Assembly: GCA_903899965.1 (NCBI GenBank)
Contig: CAIULB010000030.1
Coordinates: 89,489-153,488 of the forward strand
Origin: an uncultured Methylophilaceae bacterium
Lineage (GTDB): Bacteria > Pseudomonadota > Gammaproteobacteria > Burkholderiales > Methylophilaceae
Length of the DNA stretch: 64,000 nt
Direction: 5' to 3'
Shown: positions 40,804 through 51,508 of the stretch, piece by piece
Numbering within the stretch: the first letter of the stretch is position 1
Layout of the letters: each line of letters opens with the position of its first letter
Made by a program: the position numbers and the translations under genes
The notes under the pieces: model-generated
The model's database searches: none
The model's input: the letters and a program-made list of their open reading frames with translations, nothing else
Told to the model about the DNA's origin: nothing

Positions 40804-41604
40804 TTATAAACTATCCCAGAATTTCCACCATACACGTTCATCTTCAGGAGCGCCTTTGCCAAGCATTTTGCTCTCTGGGTAGTTGGTTTTAAGAACGCGC
40901 ATTGTGTCTTCCTTTAAATCTTGCATATTAAGGAAATCATAAGCGCTCACCATGATGACAAGTGCTTCTTCTAAGCTTGTTGATTGCGGGTAGTTCTCAA
41001 GGACAAATTTGCAACGATTAACAGAGGCGAGATAAGCTTGGCGCTTCATGTAGTAACGAGCAACGTGTAGCTCATGCGCTGCTAGCGCATTAACAAGATA
41101 AGTCATGCGTAATGCGCTGTCTTTTGCATAACGGCTATCTGGGTAGCGAGTAATAAGCTCCTTAAATGCTAAGAATGATGCATTCATCGCTTTAGGATCG
41201 CGGTCATTAATTTCTTGGCTAGTGAGTTTATCCACAACGCCACGCTCAGTGAAGCTGGCTAGGCCACGCATGTAATAAGCGTAGTCAACGTTAGGATGGT
41301 TGGGATGGAGCTTGATAAAGCGCTCAGCCGCTGCAGTACATGAAACAGGGTCTGACTTTTTGTAGTAAGCGTAAGCTGTTTCTAATTGCGCTTGTGCAGC
41401 ATATTTCCCGTGAGGGTAGCGTGATTCTAAGATTTTGAAATACTTAATGGCTTTTTCGTAGTCGCGGTCACGCATTTTAGTGTCAGCTTCTTGGTAGATG
41501 CGTTCGGCTTGCCAGTTTTTGGTTTCGTCAAGTTCTGTTGGTGCGCCAAAAATACTACAACCTGTGAGCCATATTGCTACAAAAAACGCTAAACTGTATT
41601 TCAT
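40804..41604 (-). CDS. bamD: outer membrane protein assembly factor BamD
   Basis: Lipobox WLTGCS, TPR repeats; divergent from rluD as in many proteobacteria. Confidence 0.92.
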   Translation of the reverse strand: MKYSLAFFVAIWLTGCSIFGAPTELDETKNWQAERIYQEADTKMRDRDYEKAIKYFKILESRYPHGKYAAQAQLETAYAYYKKSDPVSCTAAAERFIKLHPNHPNVDYAYYMRGLASFTERGVVDKLTSQEINDRDPKAMNASFLAFKELITRYPDSRYAKDSALRMTYLVNALAAHELHVARYYMKRQAYLASVNRCKFVLENYPQSTSLEEALVIMVSAYDFLNMQDLKEDTMRVLKTNYPESKMLGKGAPEDERVWWKFWDSL

Positions 41605-41658
41605 TTATTTGAATACCTAAAAAATTTGATTGATTTAACTTTTAACTGATTATAACTG

Positions 41659-42750
41659 ATGACACAAAACACACCTATTGCTCTTATTATCCCACAAGAT
41701 TTGGGAGGATTGCGTTTAGATCAAGCATTGCAACGCATGTTGCCAGAGCATTCACGTTCACGCCTCCAAGCTTGGATTAAAGAAGGTTTGGTGACCTTAA
41801 ATGGCGAGGCTAGCACCTCTAAAAGTAAAGTGTGGGGCGGTGAAAAGGTCTTGGTGCACGCCAAAGAAAAGCCAGAGGCGAGTACATTTATTGCGCAAGA
41901 TATTCCGCTCAATATTGTGTATGAAGACGACCATATTTTAGTGATTAATAAGCCCGCTGGTATGGTTGTGCATCCTGCCGCAGGTAATTGGGATGGCACT
42001 TTGCTTAACGCCATTATGCACCATGTACCACATGCTAAAGATTTGCCTCGTGCAGGGATTGTCCATCGTTTAGATAAAGATACTAGCGGCTTGTTGGTGG
42101 TTGCGAAAACATTAGCTGCGCAAACCAGTCTTGTGCGTCAGTTGCAGGCTCGCACCGTAAAGCGTGAGTATCGCACCATTGTTTGGGGGCAGGTATGGCG
42201 AAACGGCAAGATAGATCAGCCAATTGGCCGCCATTCGCATTCCCGTACCAAAATGGCGATTAATAAGATGGGTAAGCCAGCCGTGACACGTTATGAAGTG
42301 TTGGAACGCTTTGCTGTGCATACTTATATGCGCTGTAATTTGGAAACGGGTCGCACGCATCAAATTCGCGTTCACATGCAATTTTTAAAAGCGCCTATTG
42401 TTGGCGATTCTGTTTATGGCTACAAAGGTATTATCCCGCTTAGAGCGATGACGCAAACGCTCAAAGACTTTGTTCAGGGCTTTGATAGACAAGCACTTCA
42501 TGCAATTAAATTAGGTTTAATTCATCCTGACACTAACGAGCCTATGGAGTGGCAAATTGAGTTGGCTGACGATATGAAAGCTTTATTGGAAGCCATGCGC
42601 CATGAAGACACACCGCTTGAAGAGCCGTTTGAGTTTAGTGAAGATCCTTATTTGGCAGATGAAGATTACGAAGATGATGACTTCGTTGATGAGGATGATT
42701 TGGATGCTGATCTAGAGCCCCTTGAAGAAGGTGATGAGGACCTTGGGTAA
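41659..42750 (+). CDS. rluD: 23S rRNA pseudouridine(1911/1915/1917) synthase
   Basis: S4 domain, HRLDKDTSGLLVVAK catalytic motif, GRTHQIRVH. Acidic tail of about 40 aa. Confidence 0.93.
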   Translation: MTQNTPIALIIPQDLGGLRLDQALQRMLPEHSRSRLQAWIKEGLVTLNGEASTSKSKVWGGEKVLVHAKEKPEASTFIAQDIPLNIVYEDDHILVINKPAGMVVHPAAGNWDGTLLNAIMHHVPHAKDLPRAGIVHRLDKDTSGLLVVAKTLAAQTSLVRQLQARTVKREYRTIVWGQVWRNGKIDQPIGRHSHSRTKMAINKMGKPAVTRYEVLERFAVHTYMRCNLETGRTHQIRVHMQFLKAPIVGDSVYGYKGIIPLRAMTQTLKDFVQGFDRQALHAIKLGLIHPDTNEPMEWQIELADDMKALLEAMRHEDTPLEEPFEFSEDPYLADEDYEDDDFVDEDDLDADLEPLEEGDEDLG

Positions 42751-43471
42751 GGCTGACTTCATCATTCCTGATTGGCCAGCGCCTGCCAATGTAAAAGCTA
42801 TTCAAACGACTCGGCTTGGCGGATATAGCGCCGAGCCTTATGACAGTTTTAATCTTGGTTCGCATGTGCAAGATGATGCTTTGTCGGTTGCTAAAAATCG
42901 TCAATTGTTAAGCGACTATCTGCCTTCTGAGCCTGTATGGCTTAATCAAGTGCATGGTGTTGATGTGATTGATGCAGCCAAGAGCATGTGCGTACAAGAT
43001 GCGGATGCGTCGTTTACTAAAAATAAAAATGTCGTATGTGTGACCATGACTGCCGATTGCTTGCCTGTGTTGCTATGCAATAAGCAAGGCACTGCGGTTG
43101 CCTCTATTCATGCGGGTTGGCGTAGCTTATGTGATGGTGTGATTGAAGAAACCATTAAAACTATGGGCGTTAAACCTGAAGACTTAATGGCATGGCTAGG
43201 TCCTGCGATTGGTCCTGATGCTTTTGAAGTCGGTGGTGAAGTACGTGAGGCTTTTATTGCAAAAGATAATCAAGCTGAGCAAGCTTTTAAAGCCTATGGC
43301 GATAAATGGCTAGGAAATTTATATCTCATTGCAAAACAGCGTTTGAATAAGCAGAGCGTTGTTGAAATATATGGCGGTGGCGAATGTACATATAGCAATC
43401 CATCTAAGTATTTTTCATTTAGACGCGATGGCCTTACAGGTCGCATGGTGACGATGATTTGGTTTGAATGA
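42734..43471 (+). CDS. pgeF: YfiH/PgeF family laccase-domain protein (peptidoglycan editing factor)
   Basis: TTRLGG.S..PY.SFNLG.HV.D, the ADC..V motif and HAGWR. ATG at 42734 is preferred to the TTG at 42722. Confidence 0.85.
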   Translation: MRTLGKADFIIPDWPAPANVKAIQTTRLGGYSAEPYDSFNLGSHVQDDALSVAKNRQLLSDYLPSEPVWLNQVHGVDVIDAAKSMCVQDADASFTKNKNVVCVTMTADCLPVLLCNKQGTAVASIHAGWRSLCDGVIEETIKTMGVKPEDLMAWLGPAIGPDAFEVGGEVREAFIAKDNQAEQAFKAYGDKWLGNLYLIAKQRLNKQSVVEIYGGGECTYSNPSKYFSFRRDGLTGRMVTMIWFE

Positions 43472-43542
43472 GCAAGGCTTGACACCTCGTTTATAATATC
43501 AAATGGCACTAAGAAATTTCTTATAAAGAAACCAAAAAATAA

Positions 43543-44436
43543 ATGTTTAATGCACAAATACCCATCTTAACTTGGATTATCTCTGCGAGCTTGCTTGGCG
43601 GCGCACTCAGTGTGATGTGTGCTGGCTTTGTCGCGCTCAATGCCCGTAAGCAATGGATTCCAATGCTGATTAGCTATGCGATTGGTGCCATGTTGGGGGC
43701 AGTATTTCTTGAAATATTGCCGCATGCTTTCCACGAGGCGAGCAGCGTTGAGAATATGGCGGCGACAGTGCTATTTGGCATTTTGTTATTCTTTGTGCTG
43801 GAAAAATTGGTGTTGTGGCGTCACTGTCACGGCGAGCACTGTGAAGCCCATGCTCTGCATACAGAAGATGATTGTCCTGCACATGAGGGCCAGCATCATG
43901 CAGATGCTCAAACCACGAAATTTAAAGCGGTGACAGATAAAGCGCCCTCTATCGCTAAGTCACACTCACATGGGCATCACCATGATTCAGGCCGCAGCGG
44001 CATGATGATTATGGTGGGTGATACTTTCCATAACTTTGTGGATGGTATTTTAATCGCGGCCGCTTTTATGATTGATATTAGACTTGGCGCAGTCACTGCC
44101 ATGGCGATTATTGCCCATGAAATCCCGCAAGAAGTTGGGGATTTCTTAATTCTGCTTCACTCAGGCTATAGCAAGAAACAAGCTTTGTTGTTTAATTTAT
44201 TTTCAAGCTTAGCGACAGTGGTTGGTGGTGTATTGGCTTATTTTGCCTTACAAACAGTACAAAATTGGATTGCAACAATTTTAGGCTTGGCAGCGGCAAG
44301 TATGCTTTATGTAGCTGTTGCAGATTTAATTCCGGGTTTGCATAAACGAACAGAGCTAAAGGCTACGATAGCCCAGGTTGGTTTAATCGGTTTGGGAATC
44401 GCTTCTATTTGGCTGACTAAGTTCTTCCTCGAGTAG
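43543..44436 (+). CDS. ZIP-family divalent metal transporter with a His-rich loop
   Basis: HNFVDG and AHEIPQEVGDF ZIP motifs; loop HCHGEHCEAH...SHSHGHHHD. Confidence 0.85.
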   Translation: MFNAQIPILTWIISASLLGGALSVMCAGFVALNARKQWIPMLISYAIGAMLGAVFLEILPHAFHEASSVENMAATVLFGILLFFVLEKLVLWRHCHGEHCEAHALHTEDDCPAHEGQHHADAQTTKFKAVTDKAPSIAKSHSHGHHHDSGRSGMMIMVGDTFHNFVDGILIAAAFMIDIRLGAVTAMAIIAHEIPQEVGDFLILLHSGYSKKQALLFNLFSSLATVVGGVLAYFALQTVQNWIATILGLAAASMLYVAVADLIPGLHKRTELKATIAQVGLIGLGIASIWLTKFFLE

Positions 44437-44598
44437 GGCTTTTTTTCGTTTGCGTTGCGGTGTACCTAGTATCCAAAGTAGAAGTCCGCAGGGCATTAAG
44501 CCGTAAAAGAAAAAGGTTAAGATGCCGGCCGTAACACTATGCTCAGTGGCTGCCATTAAAAAGGTGACGTAAAGCCAAGCGATTGCAATGATGTACAT
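44383..44598 (-). CDS. hypothetical small membrane protein (two predicted TM helices, basic/acidic tail)
   Basis: 71 aa ORF MYIIAIAWLYVTFLMAATE...GILTFFFYGLMPCGLLLWILG then QRKRKK. No clear SD. Its 3' end overlaps the ZIP gene by 54 nt. Confidence 0.45.
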   Translation of the reverse strand: MYIIAIAWLYVTFLMAATEHSVTAGILTFFFYGLMPCGLLLWILGTPQRKRKKALLEEELSQPNRSDSQTD

Positions 44599-44625
44599 TT
44601 TTAATATTCAAGTAGGTTAATTTTC

Positions 44626-45966
44626 ATGAGTTCAAACAATACACCTAAAGTTGGCTTCGTTTCACTTGGTTGCCCTAAAGCTGGCTCTGATGCAGAGCGT
44701 ATTCTCACCCAATTGCGTGCAGAAGGCTATGAAATATCGGGTACTTATGAAGACGCTGATTTGGTGGTGGTGAACACTTGCGGATTTATTGATAGCGCAG
44801 TTGACGAGTCACTTGATGCGATTGGTGAGGCCCTCAACAAAAACGGCAAAGTGATTGTCACAGGCTGTTTAGGAGCCAAAAGCGGTGTTGTGCAAACAGC
44901 GCATCCTAGCGTACTTGCCGTGACTGGTCCGCATGCACTTGAAGAGGTAATGACAGCTGTTCATGCTAATTTGCCTAAACCGCACGACCCTTATGTCGAT
45001 TTAGTGCCACCTCAAGGTGTGCGTTTAACGCCAAGCCATTACGCCTATTTAAAAATTTCTGAAGGCTGTAACCACCGTTGTAGCTTCTGCATTATTCCTA
45101 GCATGCGTGGCGACTTGGTAAGCCGTCCGGTAGGTGAAGTGTTGAATGAGGCTGAAAATCTTGTGAATGCTGGTGTTTCTGAAATCTTAGTTATTTCTCA
45201 AGATACTTCTGCTTATGGAGTAGATGTGAAGTACAGAAGTGGATTCTGGAATGGTCGTCCAGTAAAAACGCGTATGACTGAGCTCACAAAATCATTAAGT
45301 GAATTAGGGGTTTGGGTGCGATTGCACTATGTTTATCCTTACCCGCATGTGGATGAAGTCATACCGTTAATGGCAGACGGCTTGATATTGCCGTATTTGG
45401 ATGTGCCATTTCAGCACGCCAGCCCACGTATTCTGAAAGCAATGAAGCGCCCAGCAAGTAGTGAAAACAACTTGGCTCGTATCAAGGCATGGCGTGACAT
45501 CTGTCCAGATATAACGGTGCGCAGTACGTTTATCGCTGGCTTCCCAGGTGAGACGGAAGATGACTTCCAAATGTTGTTGGATTTTCTAGAAGAAGCGCAG
45601 TTGGATCGCGTTGGTTGCTTTACCTATTCTGCGGTCGATGGCGCTTCAGCCAATGCGCTTCCAGACCAAGTGCCTGAAGAAGTTAAACAAGAACGTTTAG
45701 CGCGCTTTATGGAGGTACAAGAGCGTATTAGTGCTGCTAAGTTACAAACTAAAGTGGGCACTATGCAAACAGTGCTGGTTGATGAGGTTGTGGAAGACGA
45801 AGATGGCAACATTGAAGCGATTGGTCGTACTAAGGCTGATGCGCCTGAGATTGATGGTGTGGTGTATTTAGCTGATGCTGAAGGCTTAACGCCAGGGGAT
45901 TTCGTTGAGGTGCAAATCTATGATGCTGATGGACATGACCTTTGGGGAGGTCCGCCTCAGGATTGA
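44626..45966 (+). CDS. rimO: ribosomal protein S12 methylthiotransferase
   Basis: UPF0004 N-terminus (VSLGCPK), radical-SAM [13 protein letters not shown]-terminus. Confidence 0.96.
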   Translation: MSSNNTPKVGFVSLGCPKAGSDAERILTQLRAEGYEISGTYEDADLVVVNTCGFIDSAVDESLDAIGEALNKNGKVIVTGCLGAKSGVVQTAHPSVLAVTGPHALEEVMTAVHANLPKPHDPYVDLVPPQGVRLTPSHYAYLKISEGCNHRCSFCIIPSMRGDLVSRPVGEVLNEAENLVNAGVSEILVISQDTSAYGVDVKYRSGFWNGRPVKTRMTELTKSLSELGVWVRLHYVYPYPHVDEVIPLMADGLILPYLDVPFQHASPRILKAMKRPASSENNLARIKAWRDICPDITVRSTFIAGFPGETEDDFQMLLDFLEEAQLDRVGCFTYSAVDGASANALPDQVPEEVKQERLARFMEVQERISAAKLQTKVGTMQTVLVDEVVEDEDGNIEAIGRTKADAPEIDGVVYLADAEGLTPGDFVEVQIYDADGHDLWGGPPQD

Positions 45967-46289
45967 GCTGTAAACAAGTCCGGCATGATAGGTGTAGGAC
46001 GCTCACTATCAGCTCTATCTTCTAAAAAATCAAAAGTGAGTGGGCAACGTGATGGTTTTTTTGTGGCCTTTCGACGCTTAGGTGTTGAGGTATCTAAGTC
46101 AATATAAGGTGTTTGGCTGATGCGGATATAACCTGATGAACTTAGTTTGTCTGCGGTTGTTTCAAATAGGCTCAATGGGTTGTCGATATTTTGCAAAGTA
46201 ATGACACTTTTACTCACCTTGAGCACGTTGTACATCACAAACTTGCCCGTGGTCTGTTTGCCATATATCTCGCCAACATGAATATCCAC
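45957..46289 (-). CDS. hypothetical protein, 110 aa, no family recognised
   Basis: GTG start at 46287-46289, preceded by AAGAGGTG 4 nt upstream (good SD). Basic stretch [13 protein letters not shown]. The 3' end overlaps the rimO stop region by 10 nt. Confidence 0.5.
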   Translation of the reverse strand: MDIHVGEIYGKQTTGKFVMYNVLKVSKSVITLQNIDNPLSLFETTADKLSSSGYIRISQTPYIDLDTSTPKRRKATKKPSRCPLTFDFLEDRADSERPTPIMPDLFTAQS

Positions 46290-46434
46290 AACGCACCTCT
46301 TTTCAATCGATGGCTGAATATTAGCGCCTAGCCCGTTTATCTACAAGCCTTGTCCTTGCTTTTTTCATGAACCATTCAGCTTATCCTTAGTCATACAAAA
46401 AACTACTTTAGTTTGAATGTGAAGGAATAAAGAT

Positions 46435-46965
46435 ATGTTAAAGATTTGTCTGGGAGCTTTAATGATGGCCTTATCTAGTGCTAGCTTTGCCGCTTGTCCC
46501 GATTTATACAATCACCAATTTTCAACCTTGCAGGGCGGGAAGATTAATCTATGTGATTATCAAGACAAGCCTATTCTTGTTGTGAATACTGCCAGCAAAT
46601 GTGGCTTTACGCCGCAGTTTGAAACGCTGGAGGCTTTGTATAAACGCTATCAATCAAAAGGTTTGGTGGTGGTTGGCTTTCCTTCTAATGACTTTAGGCA
46701 GGAGCTGGCGACTGATAAAGAGGTTGGTGATTTCTGTATTAATACTTATGCGGTTAAATTCCCGATGATTACTAAAACTTCAGTAACTGGCCCCAATGTT
46801 AACCCGCTTCATAAACAATTGATTGCCATCACTAAGCAAGCGCCTATGTGGAATTTCTACAAATACGTGATATTGCCTGGAGGTAAACAGGTTTATGCCT
46901 ATAGCAGTGATGTTGATCCAGCATCTGATGAAGTTATGGGTAAAATCAAACCATTCCTAAAGTAA
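46435..46965 (+). CDS. glutathione peroxidase (Cys type) with signal peptide
   Basis: NTASKCGFTPQ active site, FPSNDF, WNFYKY; signal peptide ALSSASFA/A. Confidence 0.9.
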   Translation: MLKICLGALMMALSSASFAACPDLYNHQFSTLQGGKINLCDYQDKPILVVNTASKCGFTPQFETLEALYKRYQSKGLVVVGFPSNDFRQELATDKEVGDFCINTYAVKFPMITKTSVTGPNVNPLHKQLIAITKQAPMWNFYKYVILPGGKQVYAYSSDVDPASDEVMGKIKPFLK

Positions 46966-46990
46966 GCTTCAATACGTTGTAAAATGCGGG

Positions 46991-47992
46991 ATGGCTCAAA
47001 CTACCATCCCGTTTTCTAATCTTTCCCCAGACCTGATTCTTGATGCAATTGACAGTGTAGGCCTCGTTACTGATGGTCGTTTACTTGCGCTTAATAGTTA
47101 CGAGAACCGTGTTTATCAAGTGGGTATTGAAGATGCTTCGCCTATTGTGGCTAAGTTTTACCGCCCACATCGCTGGGATGATGCCGCAATTCTTGAAGAG
47201 CATGCTTTCGTGCAAAGTTTGGCGGATGCGGAAATTCCAGCAGTTGCCCCAAATTCAATCGAAGGTAAGACTTTATTTGCTTACCAAGACTTTCGATTCT
47301 CTATTTTCCCTAAGCACGGTGGTCGTGCGCCTGAACTTGACAAAAAGGGCGTTCTTGAATGGATAGGCCGTTTTATCGGGCGTATTCATAGTGTAGGTAC
47401 CCTAGGTGATTTTAAACATCGACCGACCTTAAACATTGAGACTTTTGGTGAGGAGCCTGGCGCATATTTGCTAAACGAAGGCAAGATGCCTAAAGAGCTT
47501 GAGTCGGTTTATCGCGGTGTTGTGGCTCAGGCTTTAGATGGCGTGAGGCGTTGTTACGATAGGACTGGTGATGTAGCCATAATAAGGTTGCATGGCGATT
47601 GCCATATGGGAAATTTGCTATGGACAGATGCTGGCCCGCACTTTGTGGATTTTGATGATAGTCGTATGGGGCCAGCCATCCAAGACTTATGGATGATGCT
47701 CTCTGGCGGACAAAATGAAATGCAGAAACAGTTTAATGAAATACTTTTGGGGTATGAAGATTTTTACGACTTCAATCCGCGTGAACTGCATTTAATTGAA
47801 GCCTTAAGAACTTTACGCCTTATTCATTACTCAGCATGGCTAGCAAGGCGTTGGGATGACCCAGCGTTTAAAGTTGCTTTTACTTGGTTTAATACTCAGC
47901 AATATTGGCAAGACAGGATATTGGAACTACGTGAACAGATTGCTTTGATGAATGAGCCGCCATTAATTGCAGGCATTTCAGGGAATTTCTAG
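46991..47992 (+). CDS. srkA: stress response serine/threonine kinase SrkA (YihE/RdoA)
   Basis: LNSYENRVYQV, AKFYRP.RW and LHGDCHMGNLLW...FVDFDD aminoglycoside-kinase-fold motifs. Confidence 0.88.
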   Translation: MAQTTIPFSNLSPDLILDAIDSVGLVTDGRLLALNSYENRVYQVGIEDASPIVAKFYRPHRWDDAAILEEHAFVQSLADAEIPAVAPNSIEGKTLFAYQDFRFSIFPKHGGRAPELDKKGVLEWIGRFIGRIHSVGTLGDFKHRPTLNIETFGEEPGAYLLNEGKMPKELESVYRGVVAQALDGVRRCYDRTGDVAIIRLHGDCHMGNLLWTDAGPHFVDFDDSRMGPAIQDLWMMLSGGQNEMQKQFNEILLGYEDFYDFNPRELHLIEALRTLRLIHYSAWLARRWDDPAFKVAFTWFNTQQYWQDRILELREQIALMNEPPLIAGISGNF

Positions 47993-48012
47993 AAGCTAAG
48001 CTTTAGTCCGCT

Positions 48013-48819
48013 TTATTTTTGTTGAATACCAAGTCGCTGCAAGATGATTGCAGAAAGCTCTTCAATAGAACGGCTGGTTGAGTCAGCCCAAGTAATGCCA
48101 GCATTGCGCATCAAGCCTTCAGCTGTTTCTATTTCCTGTTTGCAGTTTTCAAGCGATGCATATTTGCTGTCTGGTCTTCTTTCGCTACGCACTGAGTGCA
48201 AGCGCTCAGGTTTAATCGTAAGGCCAAATATTTTGTGTATGTGATTTCTCAAGGCTGCTGGCAAACTGCCCCGCGCAAAGTCTTCTGGAATGAGTGGATA
48301 GTTAGCTGCTTTAATGCCAAATTGCATCGCCAAATAAATGCTGGTTGGGGTTTTTCCACAGCGAGAAACACCCACCAAAATCACTTGTGCTTCTTCTAAG
48401 CCACTATTGGTCATGCCATCGTCATGATTAAGCGTAAAGTTAATTGCTTCCATACGGTCAGCGTAGTTGCTTCCCATAGCGCCGTGCGCAATACCAGAAC
48501 CAGTTAATGGTTGTTCACCTAGTTCAACGCCAAGAGGGTCAATAAACGTATTGAAGAGATCGATGTAGTAAGCATCAACCTGCTTTAGTGAGGTGCGTAG
48601 CTCGGAATTACCCAGCGACATAATGACGACAGGACGAACGCCATCTTGCTCTGTTGCTTTTGCAATAGCAGCCTTAGCAACATCAATTTTTTCTGGAGTG
48701 TCGGTAAACGGGAGGCGAATTTGGGTAAATTCAGTGTGCGGAAAATGCTCAAGCAACTTCCCTAATGCACTGGCAGTCATGCCAGTGCTGTCGGAAATAA
48801 ATAATGCTGAGCGTTTCAC
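48013..48819 (-). CDS. ppsR: PEP synthase regulatory protein (kinase/pyrophosphorylase)
   Basis: FISDSTGMTA and P-loop GVSRCGKTPTS; directly downstream of ppsA. Confidence 0.93.
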   Translation of the reverse strand: MKRSALFISDSTGMTASALGKLLEHFPHTEFTQIRLPFTDTPEKIDVAKAAIAKATEQDGVRPVVIMSLGNSELRTSLKQVDAYYIDLFNTFIDPLGVELGEQPLTGSGIAHGAMGSNYADRMEAINFTLNHDDGMTNSGLEEAQVILVGVSRCGKTPTSIYLAMQFGIKAANYPLIPEDFARGSLPAALRNHIHKIFGLTIKPERLHSVRSERRPDSKYASLENCKQEIETAEGLMRNAGITWADSTSRSIEELSAIILQRLGIQQK

Positions 48820-48831
48820 GAAATCAGACGC

Positions 48832-51204
48832 TTATTTTTGCGTCAATTTTTGCCAAGTGGCAACAACAGTGTCAGGGTTAAGTGATACTGATTGGATGCC
48901 TTCTTCTACTAGCCATTGAGCAAAATCAGGGTGGTCTGAAGGGCCTTGGCCGCAGATGCCCACATATTTACCTAAACGGTTTGCAGTGCTAATCGCCATG
49001 CGTAGCAATACTTTAACTGCATCATTACGCTCATCAAACCCATCAGCCAGAATGCCAGAGTCACGGTCCATACCAAGTGTTAATTGGGTTAAATCGTTAG
49101 AGCCGATAGAGAAGCCATCGAAGTACTCTAAGAACTGTTCAGCAAGCAACGCGTTAGAAGGGATTTCGCACATCATAATGAGGCGCAAGCCATTCTCACC
49201 ACGTTTTAAGCCGTTAGCCGCTAATATTTTAGTCACAGCTTTAGCTTCATCTAAAGTGCGAACGAATGGAATCATGATTTCAACGTTGACCAAGCCCATT
49301 TCATCGCGGACTCTTTTCATTGCTTTACATTCCATCGCAAAACACTCTTTAAAGTCTTCTGCCATGTAACGTGCAGCACCGCGGAAGCCAATCATTGGAT
49401 TTTCTTCATCCGGTTCGTAAATGTCCCCACCCACCAATTTTTTGTACTCGTTAGACTTAAAGTCCGAAGTACGCACAATCACTGGTTTTGGATAGAATGC
49501 GGCAGCGATTGTTGCAACACCTTCAGCCACTTTTTCAATGTAGAAATCAGTTGGGCTAGCATAGCCACGCGCACGGTTTCTGATAATCGTTTGCATAGGT
49601 GCTGGCATTGCATCGACATTCAAAATTGCTTTTGGATGGATGCCAACCATGTTGTTAATCACAAACTCTAAACGAGCAAGGCCAACACCATCGTTAGGTG
49701 TTTTAGCAAAGCCAAACGCCATGTCTGGGTTGCCCACATTCATCATAATTTTGCATGGAGGTTGGCTTAGCGCAGCAGTCGCTTGTGTGCTCACTGAGAA
49801 TGGAAGGGCGCCATGATAAACGAAGCCTGATTCGCCTTCAGCGCATGAAACAGTGACGACTTCGCCTTCGCGCAATACATCAGTTGCGTTCACAGAGCCA
49901 ACAATCGCTGGAATGCCTAATTCACGCGCAATAATTGCAGCGTGGCAAGTACGGCCACCACGGTTGGTGACCAAAGCACTAGCGCGCTTCATGACTGGCT
50001 CCCAATTAGGGTCGGTCATGTCAGCCACCAATACGTCACCTGGTTGAACCAAGTGCATATCAGCTGGGTCAAGCACGATACGTACAGGGCCTGTGCCAAT
50101 TTTCTGTGTTACAGCGCGGCCAACCACCATTGGTTTAGCGGCGTGTTTTTCTAATGTGAATGTTTCAGTGACGTTGTTATTCGCTTCTTGCGATTTCACA
50201 GTCTCAGGACGTGCTTGCAAGATGTATAACTTGTTATCAACGCCGTTTTTCCCCCACTCAATATCCATTGGACAGCCATAATGCGATTCAATAATCATCG
50301 CATAACGTGCTAATTCTAAGATGTCATCATTAGTGAGTGAGTAGCGGTCGCTATCTGCAGCATCAACTTCAACTGTGTGTGTACTTTTGCCAGCTTGAGT
50401 TGCATCACTAAAGACCATTTTGATGAGTTTGGAACCCATAGTGCGACGAACAATCGCTGGTTTGCCTTGCGCCAACAATGGTTTGTGTACGTAGAATTCG
50501 TCAGGGTTTACAGCGCCTTGAACCACGGTTTCGCCTAAGCCGTAAGATGAAGTGATAAACACAACATCTTGGAAACCTGACTCAGTGTCGATGGTGAACA
50601 TCACGCCAGCACAACCGATGTCACTGCGCACCATTTGTTGAACGCCAGCAGATAAAGCGACATCCGCATGCACAAATCCTTTGTGAACGCGATAAGAAAT
50701 CGCACGATCGTTGTATAAAGAAGCAAATACCTCTTTAATCGCGTGGAGGATGTTATCCAAGCCTTGAATATTCAAGAAAGATTCTTGTTGGCCAGCAAAT
50801 GAAGCATCTGGTAAATCTTCAGCTGTTGCAGAAGAGCGCACAGCAAAAGTCGCGCCGTTGCCTGATTTTGCTGTCAATGTTGCATAGTTCTCTGCAATTG
50901 CTTTTTCAAGCGCAGCAGGGAAGGGTGCCGCCATAATCCATTCACGAATTTGCTTGCCGCAACTAGCTAGCGCAATCGTATCATCCACATTAAGTGATTC
51001 GAGTGCCGCAACGATTTTGGCATCTAAACCATTTTGTGCCAAAAACTCACGGTATGCATCGGCAGTGGTCGCGAAGCCAGTAGGAACGCGAACGCCTTTT
51101 GCAGAAAGCTGCGAAATCATTTCCCCTAGTGATGCATTCTTGCCGCCTACTGAAGGCACATCAACGTTACGCAGGTTTTCGAAAGGAATTACATGGGCTG
51201 ACAT
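48832..51204 (-). CDS. ppsA: phosphoenolpyruvate synthase
   Basis: [23 protein letters not shown] (phospho-His) and the C-terminal PEP-utilising domain. The second ATG (51204) has GGAGAG 7 nt upstream, so I prefer it to 51219. Confidence 0.97.
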   Translation of the reverse strand: MSAHVIPFENLRNVDVPSVGGKNASLGEMISQLSAKGVRVPTGFATTADAYREFLAQNGLDAKIVAALESLNVDDTIALASCGKQIREWIMAAPFPAALEKAIAENYATLTAKSGNGATFAVRSSATAEDLPDASFAGQQESFLNIQGLDNILHAIKEVFASLYNDRAISYRVHKGFVHADVALSAGVQQMVRSDIGCAGVMFTIDTESGFQDVVFITSSYGLGETVVQGAVNPDEFYVHKPLLAQGKPAIVRRTMGSKLIKMVFSDATQAGKSTHTVEVDAADSDRYSLTNDDILELARYAMIIESHYGCPMDIEWGKNGVDNKLYILQARPETVKSQEANNNVTETFTLEKHAAKPMVVGRAVTQKIGTGPVRIVLDPADMHLVQPGDVLVADMTDPNWEPVMKRASALVTNRGGRTCHAAIIARELGIPAIVGSVNATDVLREGEVVTVSCAEGESGFVYHGALPFSVSTQATAALSQPPCKIMMNVGNPDMAFGFAKTPNDGVGLARLEFVINNMVGIHPKAILNVDAMPAPMQTIIRNRARGYASPTDFYIEKVAEGVATIAAAFYPKPVIVRTSDFKSNEYKKLVGGDIYEPDEENPMIGFRGAARYMAEDFKECFAMECKAMKRVRDEMGLVNVEIMIPFVRTLDEAKAVTKILAANGLKRGENGLRLIMMCEIPSNALLAEQFLEYFDGFSIGSNDLTQLTLGMDRDSGILADGFDERNDAVKVLLRMAISTANRLGKYVGICGQGPSDHPDFAQWLVEEGIQSVSLNPDTVVATWQKLTQK

Positions 51205-51508
51205 AAAAAATCTCTCCATCTATCTACGTTATTTAAGTTTCCACCATTAAAAAATACGTAAATATTTTTGTTTTCAGAGTGTTAGGCTTTGTGTGATTAT
51301 TTTTGGCTATATCACTTAAAAGCTAAATTGGTAAAGATAGTATTTTGCCTAATAAGCGGGCTTGTGTCACGCTGATTAGCTCTTTGTGACTAAGAATGTT
51401 TGATTATTTTTGGTGTCAAATTTAATGCTAGCACTATTTTGATGGCTTGAGACTCAAAAAAAAGATAGAGTTGGGTAAGTTTAATTAAAAGCGAAAGCAA
51501 GATAAAAC

